Assembly: GCF_023055435.1 (NCBI RefSeq)
Contig: NW_025963779.1
Location: 19,220,001-19,284,000 of the forward strand
Origin: Haliotis rufescens
Lineage: Eukaryota
DNA: 64,000 bases
Direction of reading: 5' to 3'
Part shown: positions 62,133 to 64,000 of the stretch, in pieces
How the letters are laid out: every line of letters begins with the position of its first letter
How positions within the stretch are numbered: the stretch's first letter is position 1
The notes under the pieces: generated by a model
The model's database searches: none
Seen by the model: the letters and a program-made list of their open reading frames with translations, nothing else
Told to the model about the DNA's origin: nothing
Made by a program: the position numbers and the translations under genes

Positions 62133-64000
62133 GTAGGTACATCTAGGTTGAGAGGAAGATAAAACTAGATATATCACGGGGTAGATGCGTCTGTGATGGC
62201 AGGAGGATAAAACTAGATATATCACGGGGTATGTGCATCTTGGGTGAGAGGAAGTTAAAACTAGATATATCACGGGGTAGATGCGTCTGTGATGGCAGGA
62301 AGATAAAACTAGATATATCACGGGGTAGATGCGTCTGTGATGGCAGGAAGTTAAAACTAGATATATCACGGGGTAGGTGCGTCTGTGATGGCAGGAGGAT
62401 AAAACTAGATATATCACGGGGTATGTGCGTCTGTGATGGCAGGAGGATAAAACTAGATATATCACGCCGGGGTAGGTGCGTCTGTGATGGCAGGAGGATA
62501 AAACTAGATATATCACGTGGTAGGTGCGTCTGTGATGGCAGGAGGATAAAACTAGATATATCACGTGGTAGGTGCGTCTGTGATGGCAGGAGGATAAAAC
62601 TAGATATATCACGGGGTAGGTGCGTCTGTGATGGCAGGAGGATAAAACTAGATATATCACGGGGTAGGTGCGTCTGTGATGGCAGGAGGATAAAACTAGA
62701 TATATCACGTGGTAGGTGCGTCTGTGATGGCAGGAGGATAAAACTAGATATATCACGCCGGGGTAGGTGCGTCTGTGATGGCAGGAGGATAAAACTAGAT
62801 ATATCACGGGGTAGGTGCGTCTGTGATGGCAGGAGGATAAAACTAGATATATCACGGGGTATGTGCATCTTGGGTGAGAGGAAGATAAAACTAGATATAT
62901 CACGCCGGGGTAGGTGCGTCTGTGATGGCAGGAGGATAAAACTAGATATATCACGGGGTAGGTGCGTCTGTGATGGCAGGAGGATAAAACTAGATATATC
63001 ACGGGGTAGGTGCGTCTGTGATGGCAGGAGGATAAAACTAGATATATCACGGGGTAGATGCGTCTGTGATGGCAGGAGGATAAAACTAGATATATCACGT
63101 GGTAGGTGCGTCTGTGATGGCAGGAGGATAAAACTAGATATATCACGGGGTAGGTGCGTCTGTGATGGCAGGAGGATAAAACTAGATATATCACGGGGTA
63201 TGTGCATCTTGGGTGAGAGGAAGATAAAACTAGATATATCACGCCGGGGTAGGTGCGTCTGTGATGGCAGGAGGATAAAACTAGATATATCACGTGGTAG
63301 GTGCGTCTGTGATGGCAGGAGGATAAAACTAGATATATCACGGGGTAGGTGCGTCTGTGATGGCAGGAGGATAAAACTAGATATATCACGGGGTAGATGC
63401 GTCTGTGATGGCAGGAGGATAAAACTAGATATATCACGGGGTAGGTGCGTCTGTGATGGCAGGAGGATAAAACTAGATATATCACGGGGTAGATGCGTCT
63501 GTGATGGCAGGAGGATAAAACTAGATATATCACGGGGTAGGTGCGTGTGTGATGGCAGGAAGATAAAACTAGATATATCACGGGGTATGTGCATCTTGGG
63601 TGAGAGGAACATAAAACTAGATATATCACGTGGTAGGTGCGTCTGTGATGGCAGGAGGATAAAACTAGATATATCACGCCGGGGTAGGTGCGTCTGTGAT
63701 GGCAGGAGGATAAAACTAGATATATCACGGGGTAGGTGCGTCTGTGATGGCAGGAGGATAAAACTAGATATATCACGCCGGGGTAGGTGCGTCTGTGATG
63801 GCAGGAGGATAAAACTAGATATATCACGGGGTATGTGCATCTTGGGTGAGAGGAAGATAAAACTAGATATATCACGGGGTAGGTGCGTCTGTGATGGCAG
63901 GAGGATAAAACTAGATATATCACGTGGTAGGTGCTTCTGTGATGGCAGGAGGATAAAACTAGATATATCACGCCGGGGTAGGTGCGTCTGTGATGGCAGG
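62133..64000 (+). repeat. 48-bp (occasionally 51-bp) minisatellite, at least 38 copies, starting at the arrestin exon-2 donor; runs off-window
   Basis: Unit gtaggtgcgtctgtgatggcaggaggataaaactagatatatcacggg; the first unit begins at AAG|gtaggt 62133. Confidence 0.97.

Noticed and set aside
62103-63971. 622-aa and 565-aa minus-strand ORFs
   Set aside because: They are translations of the 48/51-bp array (period a multiple of 3), antisense within an arrestin intron, with no non-repetitive domain.

Overview
Eukaryotic, intron-rich, repeat-dense genomic DNA. The SINE and MITE repertoire suggests a mollusc, probably a gastropod such as abalone (inference). Four spliced genes can be rebuilt by hand with consistent splice phases. 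(1) AGGF1-like (coiled coil, OCRE, FHA), minus strand, ~10790 to <1, with the G-patch end off-window. (2) A complete 267-aa CD-MPR/ATG27-like type I membrane protein, minus strand, 28937-18477. (3) A complete 273-aa rolling-stone/FAR-17a/AIG1-like membrane protein, plus strand, 33361-42442. (4) The first two coding exons of an alpha-arrestin (ARRDC-like), plus strand, from 50708 to off-window. Introns and intergenic DNA hold at least five SINE-like families, several MITE families with readable TSDs, decayed Tc1, mariner and DIRS elements, Penelope-like ends with a hammerhead remnant, and about ten tandem arrays. Four observations stand out. Four unrelated minisatellites begin exactly at a functional splice site and amplify it 12-40 times. 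A ~290-bp retroposon has no tRNA head but a fixed 5' end that folds into a pseudoknot (candidate structured or catalytic RNA). A 411-bp LTR mini-element carries a tRNA-like sequence inside both LTRs. A 7-kb CpG-rich 62-bp satellite has grown inside a TIR element. Most long ORFs in the supplied track are artefacts of tandem repeats. There are two assembly gaps (5777-5941, 61055-61322).
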